The notes under the pieces were generated by a model. That model ran no database searches, was not told where the DNA came from, and saw only the letters and a program-made list of their open reading frames with translations. From positions 1 through 61,666 of the IMG/VR virus record IMGVR_UViG_2874968258_000001: a stretch of DNA of 61,666 nt; one strand, given 5' to 3'. The position numbers and the translations under genes are program-made. Positions 28,867 to 39,371 of this stretch are shown in pieces; position 1 is the first letter of the stretch; each line of letters opens with the position of its first letter. The DNA comes from a virus (taxonomy: Duplodnaviria; Heunggongvirae; Uroviricota; Caudoviricetes).

Positions 28867-29862
28867 GTGACCGTGAGAGCACTACTGACCCCTGAAATTG
28901 CCCCGCGTATGGGGATCGTATTGTTCAGGCCAGGTTCAGAGCTGATGCCCCTGTTTATGCAGGGGCGTGTCCTGCTGGAGCCTGAGCCGGAACGTTATTC
29001 ATCTTTCGCCAGTGGTGCCGTTCCGGCGGCATCACAACCGCTGGCGGATGATCCTGCCGTTCGGGCCGTGTTCCGCAATGAGGCAGTGATCCGTCGTGCT
29101 GGTGGCGTGGAATGTCTTGAAAGCTGGTTACTTCGTGAAAAAGGCTGCCAGTGGCCTCATTCCGACTGGCACAGCGAGAACATGACCACAATGCGACACG
29201 CTCCGGGCGCAATCCGTCTGTGCTGGCACTGCGATAACCAGCTGCGCGATCAGTTCACGGAACGGCTGGAATCAATGGCAACGGATAACTGTGCCCGCTG
29301 GGTGTTGTCTGTAGTCCGTCGGGATCTCGGTTTTGATGATAACCATGCCGTGACAATGCCGGAACTGTGCTGGTGGCTGATTCGTAATGACCTGGCGGAT
29401 GCCTTACCTGAAAGCGCAGCCCGTAAGGCGCTGAGATTACCGAAACCTGTTGTGCCGTCTGTCACCCGGGAAAGTGACCTTGTGCCTTCGGTTCCTGCCA
29501 CCAGCATCATACAGGATAAAGCGAAAAAGGTGCTGGCGCTGAAAGTGGATCCGGAGTCGCCGGAGTCTTTTATGTTACGCCCAAAACGCCGCCGCTGGGT
29601 TAATGAAAAGTACACGCGCTGGGTTAAGACACAGCCGTGTGCATGTTGTGGAAAGCCTGCTGATGATCCCCACCACCTGATAGGCCACGGTCAGGGTGGA
29701 ATGGGTACAAAAGCGCATGACCTCTTTGTGTTGCCTTTGTGCAGAAAGCATCACGACGAGCTGCATGCGGATACCGTGGCATTTGAAGAGAAGTATGGCT
29801 CTCAGCTGGAGCTGATATTTCGTTTTATCGATCGTGCGCTGGCAATTGGCGTATTGGCGTAA
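28867..29862 (+). CDS. DUF968-type protein with C-terminal Cys/His (HNH-like) motif (NinG/YdfU-like)
   Basis: C-terminus CACCGKPADDPHHLIGHG...CRKHHDELH. Confidence 0.5.
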   Translation: MTVRALLTPEIAPRMGIVLFRPGSELMPLFMQGRVLLEPEPERYSSFASGAVPAASQPLADDPAVRAVFRNEAVIRRAGGVECLESWLLREKGCQWPHSDWHSENMTTMRHAPGAIRLCWHCDNQLRDQFTERLESMATDNCARWVLSVVRRDLGFDDNHAVTMPELCWWLIRNDLADALPESAARKALRLPKPVVPSVTRESDLVPSVPATSIIQDKAKKVLALKVDPESPESFMLRPKRRRWVNEKYTRWVKTQPCACCGKPADDPHHLIGHGQGGMGTKAHDLFVLPLCRKHHDELHADTVAFEEKYGSQLELIFRFIDRALAIGVLA

Positions 29863-29875
29863 GTGGAGAACGAGC

Positions 29876-30628
29876 ATGAACCTTGAAGCCTTACCAAAAT
29901 ATTACTCCCCAAAATCTCCAAAATTGAGCGATGACGCACCGGCGACAGGCTCAGGTGGTTTAACGATTACGGATGTGATGGCTGCGCAGGGGATGGTGCA
30001 GTCGAAAGCACCGCTTGGGTTTGCCTTATTCCTGGCAAAAGTTGGTGTTCAGGATCCTCAATTTGCGATTGAAGGTCTGCTCAATTACGCGATGGCACTG
30101 GATAACCCGACATTGAACAAATTGAGTGAAGAAACCCGGTTACAGATCATCCCTTACCTTGTGAATTTTGCCTTTGCTGATTATTCCAGGTCTGCGGCAA
30201 GTAAGGCTCGCTGTGAGCATTGTGCTGGTACTGGATTTCATAATGTATTGCGCGAAGTGGTGAAACACTCCAGAAGCGGGGAATCTGTTATCAAGGAAGA
30301 GTGGGTGAAGGAACTATGTCAGCATTGTCATGGTAAGGGAGAAGTCAGCACAGCGTGCAGAGGGTGTAAGGGTAAAGGTATTGTCCTGGATGAAAAAAGG
30401 ACCCGGCTTCATGGCACACCTGTTTATAAGATTTGTGGGCGTTGCAATGGAAACCGGTTTAGCCGTTTACCAACCACACTGGCGCGGCATCATGTCCAGA
30501 AGCTGGTACCAGACCTGACGGATTATCAGTGGTACAAAGGATATGCAGATGTCATTGATAAACTGGTTACAAAGTGCTGGCAGGAAGAAGCATATGCAGA
30601 GATACAATTGAGAAAGGTGACAAGATAA
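29876..30628 (+). CDS. Late antiterminator Q-like protein with CxxC zinc-binding repeats
   Basis: CEHCAGTG...CQHCHGKG...CRGCKGKG motifs; position upstream of tR'-like terminator and lysis genes. Confidence 0.55.
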   Translation: MNLEALPKYYSPKSPKLSDDAPATGSGGLTITDVMAAQGMVQSKAPLGFALFLAKVGVQDPQFAIEGLLNYAMALDNPTLNKLSEETRLQIIPYLVNFAFADYSRSAASKARCEHCAGTGFHNVLREVVKHSRSGESVIKEEWVKELCQHCHGKGEVSTACRGCKGKGIVLDEKRTRLHGTPVYKICGRCNGNRFSRLPTTLARHHVQKLVPDLTDYQWYKGYADVIDKLVTKCWQEEAYAEIQLRKVTR

Positions 30629-30734
30629 ATGGTTTTCGCCGAAGATGACGACATGATGCTTGCATTTTTCAAAAAATATGGATAAGATTTTCCCAACGAT
30701 GGGCTTTGTATGTCTACCGTTGATAAGATTTAAG

Positions 30735-30761
30735 AACCCGCCACTGAGCGGGTTTTTTTGT
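30735..30761 (+). terminator. tR'-like rho-independent terminator (copy 1)
   Basis: AACCCGCCACTGAGCGGGTTTTTTT. Confidence 0.7.
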
Positions 30762-30908
30762 GCCTGATGTCTCATGAAACTATGAAATGGATTGGTGCGT
30801 TAAACATTTTTTCTTATTATCTTTTAGATTTTGGAGAGATGGTTAACGTCTGTATTCCAGAAACTCGATGATTATTTAATAAATTAGTTTCAATGATGCT
30901 TCTAGGTT

Positions 30909-31334
30909 ATGACTGTAATGAAAAAGGTATTAATAGCAGCGATAGGTTTTTGTTTAGTTGGTTGTGCAGGTATGAAATTACCTGAGTATTCGCAAGTTAA
31001 AGCAAGTCCGTATTATACAGATTGCCGTGCGTTTGCCATGGATGTTTATAAAAATGATGGATACAGCAAAATTGCGAAAACTACTATCCTTAGCATGGAT
31101 GATGTGAAGGCTAGATATATTGTGACAGGGTGTGTAGTTGCTATGGGGAAAAACACTGTAGAGGAAATCAAAGCTGATCTCTCTGCTAAAGGGAGTTCTT
31201 TTGGGCTTATCAGTGGAGCTTGTTCTAGTGCGGCATGTCGGGTTGATGTAGAGCAGCAAATGAACGCTTATGTACTTGGTAGTTATTATGCTGCAAATAA
31301 AAAATTCCCGGATAAAATGAAAGCAGAGTTTTAA
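30909..31334 (+). CDS. Lipoprotein moron of unknown function
   Basis: Signal peptide with lipobox (LVGCAG); AT-rich; flanked by two copies of the same terminator sequence. Confidence 0.6.
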   Translation: MTVMKKVLIAAIGFCLVGCAGMKLPEYSQVKASPYYTDCRAFAMDVYKNDGYSKIAKTTILSMDDVKARYIVTGCVVAMGKNTVEEIKADLSAKGSSFGLISGACSSAACRVDVEQQMNAYVLGSYYAANKKFPDKMKAEF

Positions 31335-31411
31335 GTAAACCTTGTTTTCGATTATATGTCGAAGATAAATGTTAGTAACGGCATAATAAGTAAATATATA
31401 GCTGTGATAGC

Positions 31412-31437
31412 AACCCGCCACTGAGCGGGTTTTTTGT
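31412..31437 (+). terminator. Rho-independent terminator (copy 2 of the tR'-like sequence)
   Basis: AACCCGCCACTGAGCGGGTTTTTTG. Confidence 0.7.
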
Positions 31438-31911
31438 ACCTGTAAACTTGGTGCAGTACAGTAAACACGCTGGTGGTCGTGAATACTGACTTTTTATCTT
31501 GCTGGCTTTTTAGACAAGAGTTATTGGTATGTCATGTTAACCAGAAGGGAAAAAGACATGCTAAAACAGCAAGATATGACAGAAACCGCCGCCGCAGTCC
31601 TTCATTTCTTACCTGCTGACAAGTGGGTAACGCCACGCATGATGACGAGAACTACCGGAGTAAGTGAAGCCCGGTGCCAGTTAATACTGACTCAGTTAGT
31701 TCTGGCGGGTCTGGCGAAGGATAGCGGCGGGTACGGGAATAAATTCAGACGCTGCCAGTAATGGCGGTTTCCTGCTGTGAAAATGGGCGGCTGGTGGGTG
31801 TTGGTAGCACCTGCCAGCCATTCGCTCATGCTTACTGGTCACAAGCGAACCACGGCCCACTGCTTTAGCGCAAAAGCAGAGTGAGCCTACCAGAGTTACG
31901 CTTACTGATCC

Positions 31912-32964
31912 ATGAAAAATACTGTAAAAATAAACAGTGTTGATTTAATCAACGCTGATTGCCTGCATTTTATTCAGTCCCTGCCTGATGATTCCATTGA
32001 CCTGATTGTTACCGATCCGCCGTACTTCAAGGTGAAACCCAACGGCTGGGACAATCAGTGGAAAGGGGACGAAGATTACCTTAAGTGGCTGGACCACTGT
32101 CTGGCCCAGTTCTGGCGGGTGTTAAAACCTGCCGGAAGCCTTTACCTGTTCTGTGGGCATCGCTTGGCATCTGATATTGAGATCATGATGCGTGAACGTT
32201 TCAACGTGCTTAACCATATCATCTGGGCGAAGCCGTCCGGACGTTGGAATGGGTGTAATAAAGAAAGTCTGCGCGCATATTTTCCTGCCACAGAGCGCGT
32301 TCTGTTTGCTGAACATTACCAGGGTCCATATCGCGGCAAAAGTGACGGCTATGCGGCAAAAGAAAGGGAACTCAAACAGCACATAATGGCACCGCTGATA
32401 TCGTATTTCAGGGATGCTCGTGCCGAACTGGGTATAACGGCAAAACAAATTGCCGAAGCCACAGGTAAGAAAAATATGGTTTCCCACTGGTTTGGTGCCA
32501 GTCAGTGGCAGTTGCCGAATGAGGCTGACTATCGGAAGTTACAGGCACTGTTTTCCCGTATAGCGGCAGAGAAGTTTCAGGAACAACAACTGGAACAACC
32601 ACACCACCAGCTGGTGGCATCTTATGATTCACTGAATCGCAAATATTCTGAATTGCTGGATGAGTTTAAATCTCTCCGGCGCTATTTCTCCGTATCAGTC
32701 TCCGTGCCTTATACCGATGTCTGGATGCATAAACCCGTTCAGTTCTACCCGGGTAAACATCCGTGTGAGAAACCTGCGGATATGCTCCGGCAAATAATCA
32801 ATGCCAGTAGTCGACCTGGTGATCTGGTTGCTGATTTTTTTATGGGATCCGGTTCCACAATAAAAGCAGCAATGGCGCTGGGGCGTCGGGCCTTAGGTGT
32901 TGAGCTTGAGTCAGAGCGGTTTAACCAGACAGTGAAAGAGATAAACGAGCTGGTGGGGAAATAA
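31912..32964 (+). CDS. Orphan DNA methyltransferase (N6-adenine/N4-cytosine type, DPPY motif first, SAM motif last)
   Basis: IVTDPPYF near N-terminus and FFMGSGST near C-terminus. Confidence 0.75.
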   Translation: MKNTVKINSVDLINADCLHFIQSLPDDSIDLIVTDPPYFKVKPNGWDNQWKGDEDYLKWLDHCLAQFWRVLKPAGSLYLFCGHRLASDIEIMMRERFNVLNHIIWAKPSGRWNGCNKESLRAYFPATERVLFAEHYQGPYRGKSDGYAAKERELKQHIMAPLISYFRDARAELGITAKQIAEATGKKNMVSHWFGASQWQLPNEADYRKLQALFSRIAAEKFQEQQLEQPHHQLVASYDSLNRKYSELLDEFKSLRRYFSVSVSVPYTDVWMHKPVQFYPGKHPCEKPADMLRQIINASSRPGDLVADFFMGSGSTIKAAMALGRRALGVELESERFNQTVKEINELVGK

Positions 32965-33030
32965 TCTGGTGGCCACGTAGGTGGCCTTTTTATTTCCATT
33001 ACACAGCACCCGCATCTGCGAGGTGGGGTT

Positions 33031-33246
33031 ATGAAATCCATGGATAAGTTAACAACGGGTGTCGCCTATGGCACCTCAGCAGGTAGTGCCGGGTACTGGT
33101 TTTTACAGTTGCTCGATAAAGTCACGCCCTCACAGTGGGCGGCAATAGGTGTGCTGGGTAGTCTGGTATTTGGCTTGCTGACGTATCTGACAAACCTTTA
33201 TTTCAAGATTAAAGAAGATAAGCGTAAGGCTGCGAGAGGTGAATAA
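33031..33246 (+). CDS. Holin
   Basis: 71-aa ORF with two hydrophobic helices and charged C-terminus, immediately upstream of the endolysin. Confidence 0.65.
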
Positions 33247-33743
33247 TGTCGCCATCATTACGCAAGGCTGTTGCTGCTGCTATTGGTGGTGGGGCTGTTG
33301 CCATAGCGTCTGTGCTCATCACTGGTCCGAGTGGTGACGATGGCCTGGAAGGTGTCAGCTACATACCATACAAAGATATCGTTGGCGTATGGACTGTATG
33401 TCACGGACACACCGGAAAAGACATCATGCTAGGTAAAACGTATACCGAAGCAGAATGCAAAGCCCTCCTGAATAAAGACCTTGCCACGGTCGCCAGACAA
33501 ATTAACCCGTACATCAAAGTCGATATACCGGAAACAACGCGCGGCGCTCTTTACTCGTTCGTCTACAACGTGGGTGCTGGCAATTTCAGAACATCGACGC
33601 TTCTTCGCAAAATAAACCAGGGCGATATCAAAGGCGCATGTGACCAGCTACGTCGCTGGACATACGCTGGCGGTAAGCAATGGAAAGGCCTGATGACTCG
33701 TCGTGAGATTGAGCGTGAAGTCTGTTTGTGGGGGCAACAATGA
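33246..33743 (+). CDS. Endolysin (lysozyme-type, probable signal-anchor-release N-terminus)
   Basis: 165-aa ORF between holin and Rz; hydrophobic N-terminus. Confidence 0.7.
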   Translation: MSPSLRKAVAAAIGGGAVAIASVLITGPSGDDGLEGVSYIPYKDIVGVWTVCHGHTGKDIMLGKTYTEAECKALLNKDLATVARQINPYIKVDIPETTRGALYSFVYNVGAGNFRTSTLLRKINQGDIKGACDQLRRWTYAGGKQWKGLMTRREIEREVCLWGQQ

Positions 33744-34207
33744 GCAGAGTAACCGCGATTATCTCCGCTCTGGTTATCTGCATCATCGTCTGCCTGTCGT
33801 GGGCGGTCAATCATTACCGTGATAACGCCATCGCCTACAAAGAACAGCGTGATAAAAAAGTCAGTGAGCTGAAGCAGGCGACCGCCACCATCGCTGACAT
33901 GCAGCAGCGTCAGCGTGATGTTGCTGCGATCGATGCAAAATACACGAAGGAGTTAGCCGATGCGAAAACTGAAAATGAAACTCTGCGCGCTGATGTTGCC
34001 GCTGGTCGTAAGCGCCTGCGGGTCAATGCCAGTTGCTCCGCAGCCGTGCGTGAAGCCACCGGACCCACCAGCATGGATAATGCAACCAGCCCCCGACTGG
34101 CAGACACCGCTGAACGGGATTATTTCACCCTCAGAGAACGGTTGATGACGATGCAGAAGCAACTGGAAGGGGCGCAGGAATATATCCGCACCCAGCGCAT
34201 TAAGTAG
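33740..34207 (+). CDS. Rz i-spanin
   Basis: N-terminal TM helix and coiled-coil, embedded Rz1 in the +1 frame. Confidence 0.7.
   Translation: MSRVTAIISALVICIIVCLSWAVNHYRDNAIAYKEQRDKKVSELKQATATIADMQQRQRDVAAIDAKYTKELADAKTENETLRADVAAGRKRLRVNASCSAAVREATGPTSMDNATSPRLADTAERDYFTLRERLMTMQKQLEGAQEYIRTQRIK
33960..34145 (+). CDS. Rz1 o-spanin lipoprotein embedded in Rz
   Basis: [22 protein letters not shown] lipobox, proline-rich. Confidence 0.7.
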   Translation: MRKLKMKLCALMLPLVVSACGSMPVAPQPCVKPPDPPAWIMQPAPDWQTPLNGIISPSENG

Positions 34208-34834
34208 CTGGAGAAAAAACACGAATCTGTGGTTTTTACTGAGCGCGGTGTACACGGTGGAACATATGGCGGGAAGTTTGTTGCTTATGATTATGCAGCA
34301 TGGCTAAACCCCGGATTTAAATATGCAGCCTATAAAGTCCTGGATGACTACTTCACCGGAGAACTTCAGCATCGCAACAGCTTAAGTGCGCAGCTCAATA
34401 TGAAGTGTCATGAGTTTGATCAGAAAAAAGATATGGCGAGCTTCTGTGGACAAGGGCTGGCGGCATGGCGCTATACGAAGCCAGTGTTGGTCGCTGAGAT
34501 TAACTCCCTGGCTAACCAGCTGCAGATAACGATCCCCGGGCTGTCCGGTATTTGCCGGTATGAAATTACCGGAAGGCGCGGTCGTTACTGAGTAACAGCA
34601 GGCATTACAGCAGCCCTTCACTGAGGGGCTGCGATAATGTGAGGAATAAAAAACCGGCAGGGGAAATCCATTGAAGATTTGCCGGTGGCAAAAGATGGCC
34701 ATGCTTTTAACCTTAGTAGCAGAGTTACGGAGTTCAACAACGACCGTCGCCGTTATCTTGCTGAAAGGCGTTTCAATGATTTTCATCAATTTATTCATCA
34801 GCAATGGTGATAATCACTCTCATTTTGGCGGGTC

Positions 34835-34990
34835 CTTCCGGTGGGGTGGCCTGCCACGGGGCGGGAGCGGCGCGGGAAAAGGCTAGTTTTTGAAATTTCA
34901 TTCGTCATCACCACTACTGTAATGCATTGATATTACATTGGTTTTATTTTTATGGTGTCGATTTTGATTGTTTTTTGTTCATCACTAACA
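34835..34990. other. Putative cos region
   Basis: GC-rich block GGCGGGTCCTTCCGGTGGGGTGGCC followed by AT-rich DNA containing TTCGTCAT, just upstream of a Nu1-like small terminase gene. Confidence 0.3.
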
Positions 34991-35044
34991 CCGTTTGCCT
35001 AAAGTTGTTCGCAAGATGCATGTTTAAAACATTCTGGAGCGGGT

Positions 35045-35539
35045 ATGGATCGAGAGTTAAAAAATCTGACGCTGAATATCAGTCAACTGGCGGCACTGTC
35101 AGGTGTACATCGCCAGACTGCTGCGGCAAGGCTGCAAAATCTACCCGTTGCAGGGGGGCATGAAAGCAACCTCAAGCTTTATCGGGTGGTTGATATTGTG
35201 TCGGCATTTCTGGCATTACCACCGCCGGTTGCAGAAGGCGAAATGGACGCGCATGAGCGCAAAGCCTGGTATCAGTCTGAACGTGAGCGTCTTAAGTTCG
35301 AACAGGAAACGGCGCAACTCATTCCGGCCAGTGATGTCAGACGGGAGTTTGCCATCTGGGCAAAAGCGGTCGTGCAGGTGCTGGAGACATTACCGGATAT
35401 TCTGGAACGTGACTGCGGTCTGCAGCCTGCCGCTGTGAGCCGTGTTCAGTCCATTATTGATGATCTGCGCGATCAGATAGCCCTGCGGGTGACCGAAGCA
35501 GGTGCGGATGATGAGGAGGAATTACAGCAGGAGGAGTAA
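35045..35539 (+). CDS. Terminase small subunit (Nu1-like)
   Basis: N-terminal HTH and acidic C-terminus; immediately upstream of large terminase. Confidence 0.65.
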   Translation: MDRELKNLTLNISQLAALSGVHRQTAAARLQNLPVAGGHESNLKLYRVVDIVSAFLALPPPVAEGEMDAHERKAWYQSERERLKFEQETAQLIPASDVRREFAIWAKAVVQVLETLPDILERDCGLQPAAVSRVQSIIDDLRDQIALRVTEAGADDEEELQQEE

Positions 35540-37641
35540 TGCTGAATCAGGAAACCGCAAAGGCAGCACGAACCGATTCAGGTTATATCCTTCGCGCACC
35601 GAGGCGAATGCGGGTTGCTGATGCCGTTGCTCAGTATATGCGGGTGCCCATGGGGGCAGGGAACTCAGTCCCGTGGGATCCGCTGGTGGCACCGTATGTT
35701 ATTGAGCCGATGAACTGCCTGGCCTCGCGTGAATACGACGCAGTGATATTTGTTGGCCCGGCACGAACCGGCAAGACTATCGGCCTGATTGACGGCTGGG
35801 TGATTTACAACGTGATTTGCGATCCTGCTGATATGCTGATCATTCAGATGACGGAGGAAAAAGCCCGCGAACACTCCAAAAAACGACTCGCCAGAACGTT
35901 TCGCGTCAGCCCGGAAGTGGTCAGTCGCCTGAGTCCGAACAAAAATGACAACAACGTTTATGACAGAACATTCCTTGCTGGTAACTACCTGAAAATCGGC
36001 TGGCCGTCAGTCAATATCATGTCCTCATCAGATTATAAATGCGTCGCGCTGACGGATTATGACCGTTTTCCGGAAGATATTGATGGCGAGGGGGATGCTT
36101 TCTCTCTTGCCTCAAAACGTACCACAACATTTATGTCCAGTGGTATGACGCTGGTGGAGAGTTCCCCCGGCAGGGATGTGAAGGATGTGAAATGGCGACG
36201 GACTTCACCGCATGAGGCTCCACCAACCACGGGGATACTGTCGCTCTATAACCGTGGCGATCGCCGTCGCTGGTACTGGCCCTGTCCACACTGTGGTGAG
36301 TATTTTCAGCCCTGCGGCGATGTGGTTGCTGGTTTCCGTGATATTGCCGATCCCGTGCTGGCAAGTGAGGCGGCTTATATTCAGTGTCCTTCCTGTTCAG
36401 GACGGATTATGCCTGAACAAAAACGTGAGCTGAACGGACGTGGGGTCTGGTTGCGGGATGGTGAATCCATCAATGCGGATGGTAGTCGTTATGGTGATCC
36501 CCGACGCTCACGTATTGCGTCATTCTGGATGGAGGGTCCGGCAGCTGCTTACCAGACACTCTCGCAACTCGTTTACAAACTGCTTACTGCAGAACAGGAA
36601 TACGAGACAACCGGAAGTGAAGAAACACTCAGGGCGGTTATCAATACTGACTGGGGATTACCTTATCTTCCCCGCGCCAGCATGGAGCAACGAAAAAGTG
36701 AACTGCTTGAGCAGCGGGCAGAGCCAGTTCCTTCCCGCAGTGTGCCGGATGGCGTTAATTTCCTTGTGGCGACAGTGGATGTGCAGGCGGGACGTCATCG
36801 CCGTTTTGTGGTTCAGGTAACGGGCTATGGCAGCCGTGGCGAACGCTGGATTATTGATCGTTACAACATCACGCAGTCATTGCGCGGTGACAGCGACGGG
36901 GAGAGCCAGCGAATTGATCCGGCCAGCTATCCGGAAGACTGGGATGTCCTGCTGACGGATGTTTTTCATAAAAGCTGGCCGCTGGCCTCCGATCCTTCTC
37001 AACAAATGCGACTGATGGCAATGGCGGTGGACTCCGGCGGTGAAGACGGGGTCACTGATAATGCCTATAAATTCTGGCGTCGTTGCCGTCGTGATGGCCT
37101 TGGTAAACGTATTTACCTGTTTAAGGGCGACAGCATCCGGCGCGCAAAACTGATCACCCGTACATTCCCTGATAACACCGGACGAACGGGCCGACGGGCG
37201 CAGGCCGCAGGTGATGTGCCGCTCTGGCTTCTTCAGACGGATGCCCTGAAAGACCGGGTGAATAACGCGTTATGGCGTGACTCGCCAGGTCCCGGCTATG
37301 TGCATTTTCCTGACTGGCTGGGGAGCTGGTTTTACGACGAACTGACGTATGAAGAGCGGAGCAGTGACGGGAAATGGAGTAAGCCGGGGCGCGGTGCCAA
37401 CGAAGCCTTTGACCTGATGGTGTATGCCGAGGCTCTGGTCATTCTGCATGGATACGAAAAGATCCGCTGGCCGGATGTACCGGAATGGGCGAGCCGGGAA
37501 ACCTGGCTGGAGTGTGTCCCGGACAGTACCGAACCGTCACCCTCACCGGAACCGGTATCCACGCCTGTTAAAAAACAAAAACGGAAGAAAACAGTAACTG
37601 ACGATGTTAACCCCTGGCTGACTTCCGGAGGATGGTTATGA
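35539..37641 (+). CDS. Terminase large subunit (GpA-like)
   Basis: 700-aa ORF with Walker A (VGPARTGKT). Confidence 0.85.
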   Translation: MLNQETAKAARTDSGYILRAPRRMRVADAVAQYMRVPMGAGNSVPWDPLVAPYVIEPMNCLASREYDAVIFVGPARTGKTIGLIDGWVIYNVICDPADMLIIQMTEEKAREHSKKRLARTFRVSPEVVSRLSPNKNDNNVYDRTFLAGNYLKIGWPSVNIMSSSDYKCVALTDYDRFPEDIDGEGDAFSLASKRTTTFMSSGMTLVESSPGRDVKDVKWRRTSPHEAPPTTGILSLYNRGDRRRWYWPCPHCGEYFQPCGDVVAGFRDIADPVLASEAAYIQCPSCSGRIMPEQKRELNGRGVWLRDGESINADGSRYGDPRRSRIASFWMEGPAAAYQTLSQLVYKLLTAEQEYETTGSEETLRAVINTDWGLPYLPRASMEQRKSELLEQRAEPVPSRSVPDGVNFLVATVDVQAGRHRRFVVQVTGYGSRGERWIIDRYNITQSLRGDSDGESQRIDPASYPEDWDVLLTDVFHKSWPLASDPSQQMRLMAMAVDSGGEDGVTDNAYKFWRRCRRDGLGKRIYLFKGDSIRRAKLITRTFPDNTGRTGRRAQAAGDVPLWLLQTDALKDRVNNALWRDSPGPGYVHFPDWLGSWFYDELTYEERSSDGKWSKPGRGANEAFDLMVYAEALVILHGYEKIRWPDVPEWASRETWLECVPDSTEPSPSPEPVSTPVKKQKRKKTVTDDVNPWLTSGGWL

Positions 37642-37850
37642 ACCAGAATGATATCGAAGCCATGATTCAGCGTTATACGGAAGCTGAAATGGCGGTGCTG
37701 GACGGAAAATCCGTCACCTTTAATGGTCAGCAGATGACCATGGAAAACTTATCTGAGATCCGGCAGGGACGGCAGGAGTGGGAGCGCCGCCTTGCGGCTC
37801 TGATTACACGACGACGGGGGCATCCCGGGTACCGGCTGGCGAGGTTCTGA
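37632..37850 (+). CDS. Head-tail joining protein (gpW-like)
   Basis: 72-aa ORF between terminase and portal. Confidence 0.55.
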   Translation: MVMNQNDIEAMIQRYTEAEMAVLDGKSVTFNGQQMTMENLSEIRQGRQEWERRLAALITRRRGHPGYRLARF

Positions 37851-39358
37851 TGGCAATTCTTGATGATGTGATTGGCGTTTTTTCACCAGGATGGAAAGCG
37901 GCAAGGCTGCGTTCCCGTGCGGTGATCCAGGCTTATGAGGCCGTAAAAACGACGCGGACACACAAAGCCCGGCGGGAAAACCGAACTGCCGACCAGTTAA
38001 GCCAGTACGGGGCCGTGTCGTTACGTGAGCAGGCCCGTTACCTTGATAACAACCACGATCTGGTCATTGGTGTATTTGACAAGCTGGAAGAACGGGTGGT
38101 GGGGAAAAACGGGATTATTGTCGAGCCACATCCGGTATTACGCAATGGGGCCATTGCCCGTGACCTGGCTGCGGAGATTCGCACCCGATGGAGTGAATGG
38201 TCTGTCAGCCCGGAAGTCACCGGGCAGTTTACCCGTCCGATGCTGGAACGTCTGATGCTGCGTACCTGGCTGCGCGATGGTGAGGTGTTTGCCCAGATGG
38301 TTTCCGGGCGCATAAACAGCCTGACGCCTTCTGCCGGTGTTCATTTCTGGCTGGAGGCACTCGAGCCGGACTTTATTCCCATGACCAGTGATGAGAGCAA
38401 CAGGCTGAATCAGGGCGTGTTTGTTGATGACTGGGGGCGTCCCGAAAAATATCTGGTGTATAAAAGTCGTCCTGTATCCGGACGGCAGATGGAAACCAAA
38501 GAAGTGGATGCAGAGCGAATGCTGCATCTTAAATTTGTTCGCCGTCTGCACCAGATGCGCGGGACGTCTTTATTGTCCGGTGTACTGATCCGCCTCAGTG
38601 CCCTGAAAGAGTATGAAGATTCTGAGCTGACTGCAGCAAGGATCGCCGCTGCTCTGGGGATGTACATCCGCAAAGGCGACGGGCAGAGCTATGAACCGGA
38701 TGGTAATGGCAGCAAGGATAAGGAACGCGAGCTTACCATTCAGCCAGGCATTATTTACGACGATCTGAAACCCGGCGAAGAAATCGGAATGGTGAAGTCG
38801 GATCGTCCCAATCCTAACCTTGAAACTTTTCGTAATGGTCAGTTGCGTGCCGTGGCGGCGGGCAGTCGTCTGAGTTTTTCCAGTACAGCGCGCAACTATA
38901 ACGGCACTTACAGCGCCCAGCGTCAGGAGCTGGTTGAATCCACTGATGGCTACCTGATCCTGCAGGACTGGTTTATTGGTGCCGTCACCCGCCCGATGTA
39001 CCGTGCCTGGCTGAAACAGGCTGTGGCATCCGGTGTTATCAGGCTACCCCGCGATCTTGACCGTTCTTCACTGTATACCGCGGTGTATTCCGGACCGGTG
39101 ATGCCGTGGATTGACCCTGTTAAGGAGGCTGAGGCCTGGAAAATCCAGATTCGTGGTGGAGCGGCGACAGAATCAGACTGGGTACGTGCTGGTGGTCGTA
39201 ATCCGGATGATGTCAAACGTCGGCGCAAGGCCGAAATTGATGAAAACCGCAAGCTGGATCTGGTATTTGATACCGATCCGGCCAGTGATAAAGGAGGCAG
39301 CAGTGCCGCAACGAAACGACAGGAGCCGCAGCACATCGACGACCAGTCCGAAGAATAA
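37850..39358 (+). CDS. Portal protein
   Basis: ~502-aa ORF after terminase/W. Confidence 0.8.
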   Translation: MAILDDVIGVFSPGWKAARLRSRAVIQAYEAVKTTRTHKARRENRTADQLSQYGAVSLREQARYLDNNHDLVIGVFDKLEERVVGKNGIIVEPHPVLRNGAIARDLAAEIRTRWSEWSVSPEVTGQFTRPMLERLMLRTWLRDGEVFAQMVSGRINSLTPSAGVHFWLEALEPDFIPMTSDESNRLNQGVFVDDWGRPEKYLVYKSRPVSGRQMETKEVDAERMLHLKFVRRLHQMRGTSLLSGVLIRLSALKEYEDSELTAARIAAALGMYIRKGDGQSYEPDGNGSKDKERELTIQPGIIYDDLKPGEEIGMVKSDRPNPNLETFRNGQLRAVAAGSRLSFSSTARNYNGTYSAQRQELVESTDGYLILQDWFIGAVTRPMYRAWLKQAVASGVIRLPRDLDRSSLYTAVYSGPVMPWIDPVKEAEAWKIQIRGGAATESDWVRAGGRNPDDVKRRRKAEIDENRKLDLVFDTDPASDKGGSSAATKRQEPQHIDDQSEE

Positions 39359-39371
39359 TTCCTGGTTCAGG

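Noticed and set aside
30629-32964. Shiga toxin or other toxin genes in the Q-to-lysis slot
   Set aside because: The slot holds only a lipoprotein gene, a 75-aa ORF and a methyltransferase; no A/B toxin-like ORFs
34208-34591. Complete KilA-N domain gene after Rz
   Set aside because: Only the C-terminal half of a KilA-N-like pattern is present and the start is an uncertain GTG; left unassigned
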